The notes below the pieces were generated by a model. It did no database searches. It was not told the origin of the DNA and saw only the letters and a program-made list of their open reading frames with translations. From Nitrospirota bacterium (GTDB taxonomy: Bacteria > Nitrospirota > UBA9217), in contig CAVVUN010000015.1 of assembly GCA_963751455.1 (NCBI GenBank), positions 1,376,001-1,440,000 of the forward strand: DNA of 64,000 bases. Direction: 5' to 3'. Positions 50,185 to 60,018 of this stretch are shown piece by piece (the stretch's first letter is position 1; the number at the start of each line of letters is the position of its first letter). Position numbers and translations under genes: made by a program.

Positions 50185-50697
50185 ATGGCTGATCATCTTT
50201 GGCCACTCCTGGAATTGGAAACAAATTCCGCGGAAGAGCTTCGAGAGGCATATCGAAAGATTTTTATTGAGACATATGTCCAGACGGCAGAAGGTGAGCC
50301 GATTGAGATATGTGATTGGAACGGCATACGCGTTCATTTCAATCCTAAGAACTTCGAGCATGCTTTTTCTGAAAGCACTGATTATCGGTTCGGCTTAGGT
50401 GAGCACGATATTCCCGTATCAATCAAACGGGTCTGCCGTATATTGTGGATTAAAGAAGTCTTAGCTGCGTCTAAGGGAACAATTGAACGATGGAATCAAA
50501 TGAGAAAAGATAGTCGTAATAGAATGAAAAAGCGGAGAGTTCTTTTGGTCGTCGAAGAACGGTATTTAGTCGTTTTGGAAGAGACAGCTAAAACCGGTCA
50601 ATTGGAATTTGTTTCAGCGTTTCCGGCTAGCAGCGTTTATCTCGAAAAAATCAAAAAAGAGAGCGTCTGGATAGAAACAAAAAAGCCCCAGTCTTAA
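50185..50697 (+). CDS. Hypothetical protein, PBECR/barnase-EndoU-colicin-RelE-like nuclease candidate
   Basis: VHFNPKNFEHAF, RILWIKEVL, YLVVL...FVSAF pattern; starts 1 nt after the DUF3800 stop. Confidence 0.55.
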   Translation: MADHLWPLLELETNSAEELREAYRKIFIETYVQTAEGEPIEICDWNGIRVHFNPKNFEHAFSESTDYRFGLGEHDIPVSIKRVCRILWIKEVLAASKGTIERWNQMRKDSRNRMKKRRVLLVVEERYLVVLEETAKTGQLEFVSAFPASSVYLEKIKKESVWIETKKPQS

Positions 50698-50760
50698 CGG
50701 CGACTGAGGCGCTGCCACGGTCCTAAACCATAGGTAAAGGGCCACAAGCCTTGCGGCTTG
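50679..50760 (-). ncRNA. Putative ~80-nt structured antisense RNA, copy 1 (DUF3800-associated)
   Basis: Minus strand: CAAGCC-GCAA-GGCTTG GNRA hairpin, a central stem, and a terminator GCCTCAGTC-8-GACTGGGGC-TTTTTT. Own promoter immediately upstream; second copy at 53932. Confidence 0.7.
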
Positions 50761-50765
50761 GTAAT

Positions 50766-50816
50766 AATATACAATTGTATATTAAATTTGTCAAAAGAAA
50801 ATTTGACAATTGTCAA
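50766..50816 (-). promoter_or_regulatory. Sigma70 promoter for the small RNA, with palindromes
   Basis: Minus-strand TTGACA (50794-50789)-17-TATATT (50771-50766); perfect palindromes aatatacaattgtatatt (50766-50783) and ttgacaattgtcaa (50803-50816). Confidence 0.65.
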
Positions 50817-50870
50817 TAAAAAAATTGACAATCCACAGTAAAGCTATTGTAAATAAAAGGAAATTATTAA

Positions 50871-51078
50871 ATGACCCCTGCGGCAATCGTATCAAAACTC
50901 TGGAACTACTGTAACGTCCTCCGGGACGATGGGATGAGCTACGGCGATTACCCTTCGACTTCGCTCAGGACAGGCTCAGAGCAGCTCACGTATCTGCTGT
51001 TCCTCAAGATGGCCGACGAGCGCACGAAGCCGCCGTACAACCAGCCGAGTGCCGTGCCGGCGAAGTACAATTGGCCCA
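50871..51078 (+). pseudogene. hsdM: hsdM 5' fragment (~69 codons)
   Basis: Nearly identical to 54069-54276, including the PSTSLRTGS insert; cut at the GAACCTATAGGGTCA repeat. Confidence 0.88.
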
Positions 51079-51380
51079 GAACCTATAGGGTCAAGTCTTG
51101 CCTCTTGCATTAGACAATTTATGAGACGTTATTCTTGCCTGATAAGTTGTTCGATGTTGGGTTGTGATGCAGATTCAGTTATTTCCATTTTGGAAACAAC
51201 TGCCGTGGACGGGAAAGCTTATGGAATGAAATGCGACACAAGGAGCTTTGGGAAAGACATTATCAATGGTAAAAAGGCTGCTTGGCATGAGGAAAAGCGG
51301 CTACTCGGCTCGATGCTGTTTACAGTACCGAAGATCCATCAACCGCAACAATCGCGCGAAAGGATCGGGAGAACGAAAAT

Positions 51381-52430
51381 ATGAGATCGATCGAACACGG
51401 CTATTATCTGGATACGCCCCTTTCTCACCGGCTGCTTATGACGATGCGCTCCCTCGGAGAATTCAGGGGCCGGCAGCATCTCTACGCGGATCAGTTTCCC
51501 GAGGTGCTGGCTACACTGCGGCGCGTCGCAATCGTGCAAAGCACGGAATCGTCCAACAGGATCGAGGGTATTACCGTCGCGCCCGATAGAATAGACGCAC
51601 TCGTCCTCAAGAAGATCAAACCGCGAGACCGCTCGGAACAGGAGGTCGCGGGCTACCGAGACGTGCTCTCGTCCATCCATGCCAACCATGAAAATATTCG
51701 ATTATCGACAGGCCAGATCCTGGAATGGCACCGCGCCCTCTACCGCTTCACCGAAGAACGCGGAGGCGAATGGAAGGCAAAGGACAATGCAATCCTTGAG
51801 GTCCGGCCTGACGGTCGTCAGGTTGTCCGGTTTCAACCGGTGTCGGCGCTTGCAACGCCGGAATTCATGGATAAACTCTTATCGTTGTTCGACCGGGCGA
51901 TGGACAAGGCGGAAACCGACCCGCTTTTGTTGATCGCCACGTTTGTTTTCGATTTCGAATGCATTCATCCCTTCCGCGACGGCAACGGTCGCATCGGCCG
52001 TCTGCTCACGCTTCTGCTGCTCTACCAGGCAGGATATGAAGTGGGTCGCTATATCAGTCTTGAGCGCATCGTTGAAGAGAGCAAGGAAACCTATTACGAT
52101 GCCCTGTACAAGAGTTCCCAGGGCTGGCACGAGGCAAAACACGACCTCCGTCCCTGGTGGGATTATTTTCTCGGCACGCTGATTGCCGCTTATAAGGAAT
52201 TCGAGCAGCGAGTGGGAACTATCACGTCTGCGCGGGGCGCGAAGCGCGAGATGGTCAGAAGCGCCATCGAGCGAATGCCCGGGCTGTTTACTATCGGCGA
52301 TTTGAAACGGGTCTGTCCGGGGGTGAGCTATCCAACGCTCCAACGAGCGCTCACGGACCTGAAAAAAGAAGGAAAGGTAAAGTGTCTCGGGCGCGGCCCC
52401 GATGCCCGATGGCAGCGTATCGAGGGTTGA
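51381..52430 (+). CDS. Fic family protein with C-terminal HTH
   Basis: HPFRDGNGRIGR motif; N-terminal SNRIEG autoinhibitory motif. Confidence 0.92.
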   Translation: MRSIEHGYYLDTPLSHRLLMTMRSLGEFRGRQHLYADQFPEVLATLRRVAIVQSTESSNRIEGITVAPDRIDALVLKKIKPRDRSEQEVAGYRDVLSSIHANHENIRLSTGQILEWHRALYRFTEERGGEWKAKDNAILEVRPDGRQVVRFQPVSALATPEFMDKLLSLFDRAMDKAETDPLLLIATFVFDFECIHPFRDGNGRIGRLLTLLLLYQAGYEVGRYISLERIVEESKETYYDALYKSSQGWHEAKHDLRPWWDYFLGTLIAAYKEFEQRVGTITSARGAKREMVRSAIERMPGLFTIGDLKRVCPGVSYPTLQRALTDLKKEGKVKCLGRGPDARWQRIEG

Positions 52431-52479
52431 TAAGATAATCTTATCACGAAGTCATTTGGTGATAAGATTAGTCGCGAAC

Positions 52480-52683
52480 CTAGTGAGCGATGTCTGATTC
52501 TATTTCATCAGGAGTGTATTGCGAAGAACGGGCGTGGATTTTGCGAAGCACTGCATCGAACCGCTTCTGCCATTCGTCATGGGAGAGGATTTTCAGTTCG
52601 ACCTGTTCATGTTCTTTGAGGTCTATTTTCTGAAGCGGCTTGAGAACGCCGTTCTCGAAAATTGCATTGACTACTTTGGACAT
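52480..52683 (-). CDS. AF2212/DUF104-like antitoxin
   Basis: VNAIFENGVLKPLQKIDLKEHEQVELKI; aggagg RBS. Confidence 0.8.
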   Translation of the reverse strand: MSKVVNAIFENGVLKPLQKIDLKEHEQVELKILSHDEWQKRFDAVLRKIHARSSQYTPDEIESDIAH

Positions 52684-52838
52684 GCGGACCTCCTTTTCGA
52701 CGGTTTCCTGGCTTTTATGCCGGGCAGTTTTACCCCTTCAATCGCAGAAGAGGTCACAACGGAGGTATAGAGCATGGCCTTCCGCTGGGCAGGGTTTTTG
52801 AGGTATGGGTTGGTTTTGCTTAACGATTTTTTCTGCAT
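52671..52838 (-). CDS. 55-aa small protein with Fic-antitoxin-like SxxxEG motif
   Basis: Hand translation: MQKKSLSKTNPYLKNPAQRKAMLYTSVVTSSAIEGVKLPGIKARKPSKRRSACPK*; overlaps the start of the AF2212-like gene. Confidence 0.55.
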   Translation of the reverse strand: MQKKSLSKTNPYLKNPAQRKAMLYTSVVTSSAIEGVKLPGIKARKPSKRRSACPK

Positions 52839-53093
52839 ACGAATATTACGATTATCATTTACCGTCTAATGACATTATAATTGATATCCGTATCAAGTCA
52901 ATCGATTCTTGGACCGACTCGGGGACGTTGATGCATTTGATGCATTCAATTTTAGTTGTTAGGTTGTGATGCAAATTCAGTTATTTCCATTTTGGAACAT
53001 ACTGGCTAATACGGTGAACATTGAGTAATATCAGCTTTCTGCGCTAGACCGTTTCACTCGGAATTGTTATCATACATTCAAGAGGACCATTTG

Positions 53094-53690
53094 ATGTCTG
53101 AAAAGAATCCGCATGTCATTGTCATAGCCGGACCAAACGGGGCCGGGAAATCAACGACAGCGCCGCTGCTTCTCAAGGGGACGCTGGGAGTGACGGAGTT
53201 CGTAAATGCCGACGTCATTGCCCAGGGACTCTCGGCGTTCCAGCCGGAGAGCGCGGCGTTTCATGCAGGCCGGGTCATGCTGGAGCGGCTGCATTATCTT
53301 GCGAAGGAGCGAGTTGATTTCGCCTTTGAGACGACCTTGGCGAGCAGAACTTTTGCGCCCTGGATTGCAAAACTGAAGCAAAGCGGGTATACTTTCCACC
53401 TGGTGTTCCTATGGCTTCCGAGCGCGGATTTTGCCGTTGCCCGCGTTGCCGAGCGGGTCCGCATGGGCGGGCATGATGTGCCTGAGGAAACCATTCGGAG
53501 GCGGTATAATAAGGGTATCGAGAACTTCTTCCGGCTATATAGGCCGCTGTCTGACACCTTGCGGATATACAATAATTCGGTCCGTACGGGGCCACGGATT
53601 GTGGCAGATGGCGGGACAGGGAGAAGAGAAGCAATTTACGATTCGGCAACATGGAGCATGATCAGAGGTGGACACAATGAGCGTAGCTGA
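53094..53690 (+). CDS. Zeta-toxin-like / AAA_33 P-loop kinase
   Basis: IAGPNGAGKST, FVNAD, FAFETTL, RVRMGGHDVPEETIRRRY. Confidence 0.88.
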   Translation: MSEKNPHVIVIAGPNGAGKSTTAPLLLKGTLGVTEFVNADVIAQGLSAFQPESAAFHAGRVMLERLHYLAKERVDFAFETTLASRTFAPWIAKLKQSGYTFHLVFLWLPSADFAVARVAERVRMGGHDVPEETIRRRYNKGIENFFRLYRPLSDTLRIYNNSVRTGPRIVADGGTGRREAIYDSATWSMIRGGHNERS

Positions 53691-53871
53691 AAAGAAAACA
53701 ATTGATGAACTCTTTCGCGATGGAAAAGAAATCGATACCGCCTTACGGAATGCAGTCCAGCAGGCCCTCTTGCAGCACAAAAAGGCCGGAAACCCTGTGG
53801 CCGAGTGGCGTGATGGCAAGGTCGTCTTGATTAAACCGGAAGATATTGTTGTTGAAGAGAAGCAAAAGTAA
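53677..53871 (+). CDS. Small partner protein of the zeta-like kinase
   Basis: AVQQALLQHKKAGNPVAEWRDGKVV; overlaps the upstream stop. Confidence 0.75.
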   Translation: MSVAEKKTIDELFRDGKEIDTALRNAVQQALLQHKKAGNPVAEWRDGKVVLIKPEDIVVEEKQK

Positions 53872-53931
53872 AAACCCTCTCCGGATTCCTTCCCCCTCAC
53901 ACAGCCCTCTCCCCTCGGGGAAAGAATCAAT

Positions 53932-54043
53932 AAAAAAGCCCCAGTCTCAACGGCGACTGAGGCGCTGCCACGGCCCTGAACCATAGGTAATGGACCACCA
54001 GCCTTGCGGCTTAGCAATATACGCAGTGAATAATAGAGTTCAA
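53932..54043 (-). ncRNA. Putative structured antisense RNA, copy 2, with promoter
   Basis: Same architecture as 50679 (AGCC-GCAA-GGCT; GGTCC...GGGCC; terminator + U-tract). Minus-strand TTGAAC-16-TATATT at 54043-54016. Confidence 0.65.
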
Positions 54044-54068
54044 GTTAAAAGAAAGGCATCATCGGTTT

Positions 54069-55592
54069 ATGACACCAGCAGCAATCGTTTCAAAACTCTG
54101 GAACTACTGTAACGTCCTCCGGGACGATGGGATGAGCTACGGCGATTACCCTTCGACTTCGCTCAGGACAGGCTCAGAGCAGCTCACGTACCTGCTGTTC
54201 CTCAAGATGGCCGACGAGCGCACGAAGCCGCCGTACAACCAGCCGAGTGCAGTGCCTGCAAAGTACAACTGGCCCACGCTCTTAAAGAAAGACGGCGACG
54301 ATCTGTTCGACCACTATCGCCACATGCTTGAAAGCCTGGGCAATGAAAAAGGTCTGCTCGGCCTGATCTTCAATAAATCCCAGAACAAGTTCCAGGACCC
54401 TTCTAAACTGCGACGGCTTGTTGTTGACCTGATCGATAAGGAAAACTGGTCGGTGATGAGCGCTGATGTGAAAGGGGACGCATACGAAGGCCTCCTGGAG
54501 AAGAACGCACAGGACACCAAGTCCGGCGCTGGCCAGTACTTCACTCCCCGTCCTCTGATCCAGGCCATGGTTGACGTGATCCAGCCGAAGCCGAAAGAGA
54601 CCCTCTGCGATCCTGCGTGCGGCACCGGCGGGTTTCTCCTTGCCGCGCACGATTATGTGGTCAAGCACAATCCGAACATGAGCGCCGACGAGAAACGCAA
54701 GCTCAAAGGCTCAACCTTCAAGGGCTGGGAGCTGGTCCAGAGCACGGCCAGGCTCTGTGCCATGAATTTGATGCTCCACAGCATCGGGACCGACAAGGAC
54801 CTTCCTATCATCGTTTCGGACTCTCTTGCCGCCGACCCGGGTGACCGGTTCGATATCGTACTGACCAATCCTCCCTTCGGCAAGAAGAGCAGCACCACGA
54901 TTGTTGCCGAAAACGGCAAGGTATCACGAGAAACCGATATCATCGAGCGCGAGGACTTCTGGGCCACGACGTCCAACAAACAGCTCAACTTCATCCAGCA
55001 TGTAAAGACCCTTTTAAAGCAGAATGGCCGCGCGGCAGTTGTCGTGCCGGATAACGTCCTGTTCGAAGGCGGGGCAGGGGAGACGGTCAGGCGAAAGCTC
55101 CTGCACGAGTGCGACGTGCACACGCTCCTGCGCCTGCCCACGGGCCTGTTCTATGCCCAGGGCGTGAAAGCGAACGTCCTGTTCTTCGACAAAAAGCCCG
55201 CATCCGAAACGCCCTGGACCAAGAAGCTCTGGATCTACGATCTCCGCACGAACATGCACTTCACGCTCAAGACGAGCTCCCTCCAGCGCTCTGACCTCGA
55301 CGAGTTTGTGAAAAACTATAATCCCGAGAACCGCCATCAGCGCAAGGCCACGTGGACCGAGAAAAAACAAGACGGTCGCTGGCGCTCGTATAACTATGAC
55401 GAACTCGTAAGTCGCGATAAGGCGAGCCTCGACATATTCTGGCTCAAAGACGAATCCCTCGAAGCCTCCGACAACCTCCCCGATCCTGATGTCATCGCGC
55501 AGGAGATCGTGGAAGATCTGGAAGCGGCGCTGGAGCAGTTTCGGGAGATCGCGGGGGATTTGGGTAATGGGAAATCACCATGCGTATCTTAG
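54069..55592 (+). CDS. hsdM: Type I R-M methyltransferase subunit M
   Basis: GAGQYFTPR, DPACGTGGFL, TNPPFG; carries an in-frame repeat-derived insert PSTSLRTGS at 54150-54176. Confidence 0.93.
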   Translation: MTPAAIVSKLWNYCNVLRDDGMSYGDYPSTSLRTGSEQLTYLLFLKMADERTKPPYNQPSAVPAKYNWPTLLKKDGDDLFDHYRHMLESLGNEKGLLGLIFNKSQNKFQDPSKLRRLVVDLIDKENWSVMSADVKGDAYEGLLEKNAQDTKSGAGQYFTPRPLIQAMVDVIQPKPKETLCDPACGTGGFLLAAHDYVVKHNPNMSADEKRKLKGSTFKGWELVQSTARLCAMNLMLHSIGTDKDLPIIVSDSLAADPGDRFDIVLTNPPFGKKSSTTIVAENGKVSRETDIIEREDFWATTSNKQLNFIQHVKTLLKQNGRAAVVVPDNVLFEGGAGETVRRKLLHECDVHTLLRLPTGLFYAQGVKANVLFFDKKPASETPWTKKLWIYDLRTNMHFTLKTSSLQRSDLDEFVKNYNPENRHQRKATWTEKKQDGRWRSYNYDELVSRDKASLDIFWLKDESLEASDNLPDPDVIAQEIVEDLEAALEQFREIAGDLGNGKSPCVS

Positions 55593-55784
55593 TATCATTA
55601 CATAACCGGAATCACCAACACATAATGAGGAACGAAACGACGCCTGAGTCTGCCTGCCTCCGCAGGGAGCAATATTTTCCGCGCCGGAGGTTGCTACCAC
55701 AACAAAAGATCTTATCCGATTGTTTTCTATCGCTCTAAGTTATATTTCAGAGACTTGTGATGCTCTGATCAAAGGAGGCGAAAC

Positions 55785-56594
55785 ATGAACATCAATCTTG
55801 ACGCCTGGGGGATAGTGCGAAAGCTGACTCTGCAGGATGTCCTGCTCGTTCTGGCCGTGCTGGTTTCGGCCTGGCTGCTGGTCTTCGTCGTTCGGTGGGC
55901 CCTCAGGCATGCGGCGGAAAAGGCGCATCCGCGCATGCGCCTGGCCATCCTTCGCGTGCCGCCCATTGCGCGCGTCCTTATTGATGTTGTCGCTGTTCTG
56001 ATCATCGTGCATATCCTGGTCGAGCCGACGTTTCAGAATATCATCGCCCTCCTGGCAGCCATCGGCCTGACCCTGGCCTTCGCGCTCAAGGACTATGGGA
56101 GCAGTCTCGTCGCGGGCGTGGTGACGGTCCTGGAAAACACCTACCAGCCCGGGGACTGGATCGAAGTGGATGGCGTGTACGGGGAAGTGAGGTTCGTCGG
56201 GGTCCGGGCCGTGCGCCTCGTGACGCCCGATGACACCGAGGTAGTCATCCCGCACTCCCGCCTCTGGTCCACGAGCGTTTTCAACGCCAGCAGCGGCAAC
56301 CGCAGCCTCCTGTGCGTGACGGATTTCTACATTCACCCCGACCACGACGCAGCAGCGGTCAGGAAGCGGTTGACGCAGGTGGCGGAAGCAAGCTCGTACC
56401 GTAAGCCCGAAACGCCGGTAACAGTGATCGTCCTGGAAAAACCCTGGGGCACCCACTACCGGGTAAAGGCCTACGTGAAGGAAAGCCGTGAGCAGTTTCT
56501 GTTCATCACGGATCTGACGGTCCGGGGCAAGGAGGAACTGCGGGGCATGAATATTCGGTTTGCGCAGGCGCCTTACGCTGCAACCGGCAAGTGA
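55785..56594 (+). CDS. Small-conductance mechanosensitive channel family protein
   Basis: Three TM helices, then YQPGDWIEVDGVYGEV...VVIPHS (MscS beta domain). Confidence 0.88.
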   Translation: MNINLDAWGIVRKLTLQDVLLVLAVLVSAWLLVFVVRWALRHAAEKAHPRMRLAILRVPPIARVLIDVVAVLIIVHILVEPTFQNIIALLAAIGLTLAFALKDYGSSLVAGVVTVLENTYQPGDWIEVDGVYGEVRFVGVRAVRLVTPDDTEVVIPHSRLWSTSVFNASSGNRSLLCVTDFYIHPDHDAAAVRKRLTQVAEASSYRKPETPVTVIVLEKPWGTHYRVKAYVKESREQFLFITDLTVRGKEELRGMNIRFAQAPYAATGK

Positions 56595-56722
56595 TCACAG
56601 GGGAGGCTATAGGGTCTATATTCTTGATGTTGTCTTTTTTGGAAATCTTTAGGGTCAGGTCTTGCCTCTTGACATTTGATATTGTTGATCGCGTCACACC
56701 GTTTCTTAGCTCTCTATAACTC

Positions 56723-57979
56723 ATGATATCCAATTTCGACAGCATCATCCGACAATATAAAACAGACAGCGAATCAGTGTACAACACCTGGTTCATCAAC
56801 AATGAAGAGCGGCTGAAGGCTTTTCGATCGATCCGGCGTGGCGTGATGCAGGTCATAGCCGACATCAAAGCAAAGAAATTCGGCAATGACTTCAAGGGCA
56901 GCTCTCTTGAAGTAGTTCTGAACTCCATTACCGAACAGAAGCAGGTTTTCGAGGGCGCTGCGCATCCATTCTACTGGAAGCCGAAGCTGCGCATACCCGA
57001 CATTTACGAGAACGAGCAGAACAAGACGGCATTCGGCCAGTTTCTGGAGAACGTGCTGAAAGCAACTACAGAAGAACAGATCATTAGGGAAATCATTCAT
57101 CTGGACAGCCTCAAGATAAAAGGTCTCGGTCCGGCAGTCGCGAGCATTGTTTATTTTCTTCATCCTACCATTATCCCGCCCTTCAATACCGCGATTCTGA
57201 ACGGCTTCAATTATCTTTTCAAAGATAAGAAGAAACTTGGTTCCTGGAACGAATATCTCAAAATCAGGGAAGTGTTTGTCGAATTCAATAATAAGTACAA
57301 AGCCGACCTGTCCTCGGACTTTGGCGCTATTGCGGGACTGCTGTTCGAAGTCGGCAATCAAAGGCTGGTGCTCGGCACGGACGAGTATCTTTCAGAGACG
57401 GAGCGGGCGAAAATCGAGGGCCTGATCGACAAACGCCACAAGGAAGTTAAAGCTGAAAAAGATGAAGAGAACCTGCATACGGAGATGCAGTTCCATCTGC
57501 TGAAAATAGGCAAAGCGCTGGGGTACGACGTCATGTGCGCGGTGAACGACAGGTCGCGGTCGTTCAATGGTAACAATTTCTCATTCTTATGCCTGCCTGA
57601 TTTTCCTCAAATGATTGGTGACAAAGATGCATTGAATACCGTGAAACTCATCGACGTGCTCTGGTTCAAAAAGGGCACCGGCAACATCATCGGCGCATTC
57701 GAGATCGAGAAGAGCACCAGCATTTACTCCGGCATATTGCGCCTGACCGACCTGGCGCTCTCCATAGCGGACGGGGACGAAGTATTTTACATCATCATCC
57801 CGGACAAGAGGGAAAAGGACCTCAGGCTTCAGCTTTCCCGGCCGTCGTTCAAGGGCAGCAAGGTGCTGATCAATTACATCCTGTTCTCGGACCTCCGGCA
57901 GCATTGTGAGGCTTTGTGTAAGTTCGGCGACAGCCATGAGATCCTGAAGAAGATAGCAAAGACGGTAGACGCGGTCTAG
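56723..57979 (+). CDS. Hypothetical protein with C-terminal PD-(D/E)xK restriction-endonuclease-like domain
   Basis: HTEMQFHL...IDVLWF...AFEIEKSTSIYSGILRL. Confidence 0.7.
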   Translation: MISNFDSIIRQYKTDSESVYNTWFINNEERLKAFRSIRRGVMQVIADIKAKKFGNDFKGSSLEVVLNSITEQKQVFEGAAHPFYWKPKLRIPDIYENEQNKTAFGQFLENVLKATTEEQIIREIIHLDSLKIKGLGPAVASIVYFLHPTIIPPFNTAILNGFNYLFKDKKKLGSWNEYLKIREVFVEFNNKYKADLSSDFGAIAGLLFEVGNQRLVLGTDEYLSETERAKIEGLIDKRHKEVKAEKDEENLHTEMQFHLLKIGKALGYDVMCAVNDRSRSFNGNNFSFLCLPDFPQMIGDKDALNTVKLIDVLWFKKGTGNIIGAFEIEKSTSIYSGILRLTDLALSIADGDEVFYIIIPDKREKDLRLQLSRPSFKGSKVLINYILFSDLRQHCEALCKFGDSHEILKKIAKTVDAV

Positions 57980-58197
57980 GGATCACGGAACCTATAGGGT
58001 CACGTCTTTTAATTTGACATTCTCCTTAGCATTATTCCACGATCAGCAATATTTTGTTGCCAATTTTATTGAGACGACATGAAAGCGGACGCTAACCTAA
58101 TGGGCTACGATGGAGTGTCAGTCATTAAGAAAGTTGAAATTCGACTTTTTTTGGCCTTTTTGTCTATGACTGCTGCGAATTCCAACGGGAGGTGCAG

Positions 58198-59966
58198 ATG
58201 ATACCGGTTGGTACGAACCTGGAGCGAAAGAAACTGCCCGTGGCCGTGCTTGGGCTGATCCTGATCAATTGCGCAGTGTTCATCCTGGAGCTGATGATGC
58301 CGAAGGAGTCCCTGCTCTGGACGTTTCAGCATCTCGGGTTCGGTCCGGCTACTCGAAATCCTTTTTCTCCCATAACCTCTCTCTTTCTGCACGGAGATAT
58401 TTACCACATTGCATTCAACATGCTTTTCCTCTGGATTTTCGGAGGACCAGTTGAAGAACGCGTGGGCACGAAGAATTTTATCAAGTTTTACTTCGGCGCT
58501 GGACTCGCAGCCGGTGTGTTGAGCGTAGTCATGGAGGTCATCGCGCGGCCCAACTCAACCACGCCCGGAATCGGTGCCTCAGGGGCCATTTCCGGGATTA
58601 TGGCTCTTTTCCTCTACCGGTGTTTTTATGCAAAGTTGAAAATGGTTATCTCGCCGATCCTGCTGCCGACGAAGGTGAGCATTCCGGTCATCCCGCTGGT
58701 GCTGTTATGGTTTTTCCAGGAACTGGTCATGGGCATTTTTTCGCTCTCTGTTCCCACGGGCATCGGCCACTGGGCACACTTGGGCGGGTTTGCGTTCGGG
58801 ATCGGCATCGCCAGGATCAAGCGGTACGGCCACGAGGGGCAGGTGGAGAAGCTCAGGGCCAAGGTTCTGAAAACGCTTTCCGACGGCGGAGGGTGGAAGG
58901 CAGCGGAGAAAGACCTTCTGGAATTGCTGGCTAAGGCGCCGCACGACCCGGAAGTTCACCACGATCTCGCTCGCCTCTATGCCGAGCAAGGGCAAACGGG
59001 TCCCGCAGAGCGCCATTATGTTGCCGCTGTCCAGCGATACTTTACGACCGAGCCGATGACAGCTGCCTACGTTGCGATTGAGCACGCAACTGTCCTGTCA
59101 AAACCCATTGCCCCCCAGTACCTGCTCAAGGCAGCGGAAACGCTGATCAGGCAGTATGAGTACGAGGACGCGCATCGACTGCTTATGCCCGTTCCCGAAC
59201 AGTCGCTCCTTTCCGGCCAGCTCGTTGAAAAAAGCATAGTGCTCTTTATCCAGCTCTCTCTGCACTTGAACCATAAAGAGGAAGCGCAGGACGTCATGCG
59301 GCTGTTTACCGAACGCTTTCCCCGGAGCAAATACGAGGCGCAGCTCAAGCAGGCTATGGCGAAAAAGCCCGGCGAAGTTTTCCCCCGGCACCCGTCACAC
59401 CTGCGGGGACAACCGCAACGGGAGCGCGTTCGGCCGAGGCTAAGGAGGCTGATCGCCTGGGACTTATCGATATATTCGAGCGTTTCTTTGCCGATCCGGT
59501 TTTCTGGCTTCTTCTGCTCGCGCTGAACATATTCACGCCTTTTCTCTTTCCACGTATCTATTTCAGTCAGGCTTCGCCGATCTATCTTTTCATCGGCGCG
59601 TTCGTTATGACGATTCTTCACCGTGCAGGGTCGATCGGAGATCTCTGGTCGGCGATGAACGGGCCGTCGGAAAAGAAAGCCAGGGAGGAGTGCGCGCGCC
59701 AAAGGCTGTTCGACGATGCGGTGATGTCCGAGAAAAAAGAGCTCTATCCCGCGGCCGCGACGCTTTATGAAAAATTTCTGACCCAGGAACCTGGGAACTT
59801 TCAGGCACGTTTCAATCTCGCCCGCATCTATCATAGGAGGTTGCAAAACGTGGTCAGCGCCAGGCGTCATTATCGCTTCCTTCTTGAACATGCGCCCAAA
59901 GAACACCCTTTTTTCAATGAAGCAGAAAACGGCTTGAAAGACCTGAGACCGGCCAGCCAGGCGTGA
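58198..59966 (+). CDS. Rhomboid intramembrane protease with TPR-like and extra TM C-terminus (one frameshift in a C-run at ~59383)
   Basis: FLHG..HIAFNM, GASGAI, HWAHLGG. Adding one C in ccccc joins the frame continuously to ORF 59607-59966. Confidence 0.82.
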
Positions 59967-60018
59967 TAAACACCCGAAGGGGACGTTGTTGTACCCGTTG
60001 CGTGCTGCTCCATAATCT

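Noticed and set aside
51049-51384. 111-aa ORF upstream of fic
   Set aside because: A patchwork of hsdM stub, repeat and rhuM remnant (DSVISILETTAVDGKAY), not a real gene.
48283-58030. Integron cassette array
   Set aside because: No integrase, and the repeats lack the RYYYAAC...GTTRRRY attC structure.
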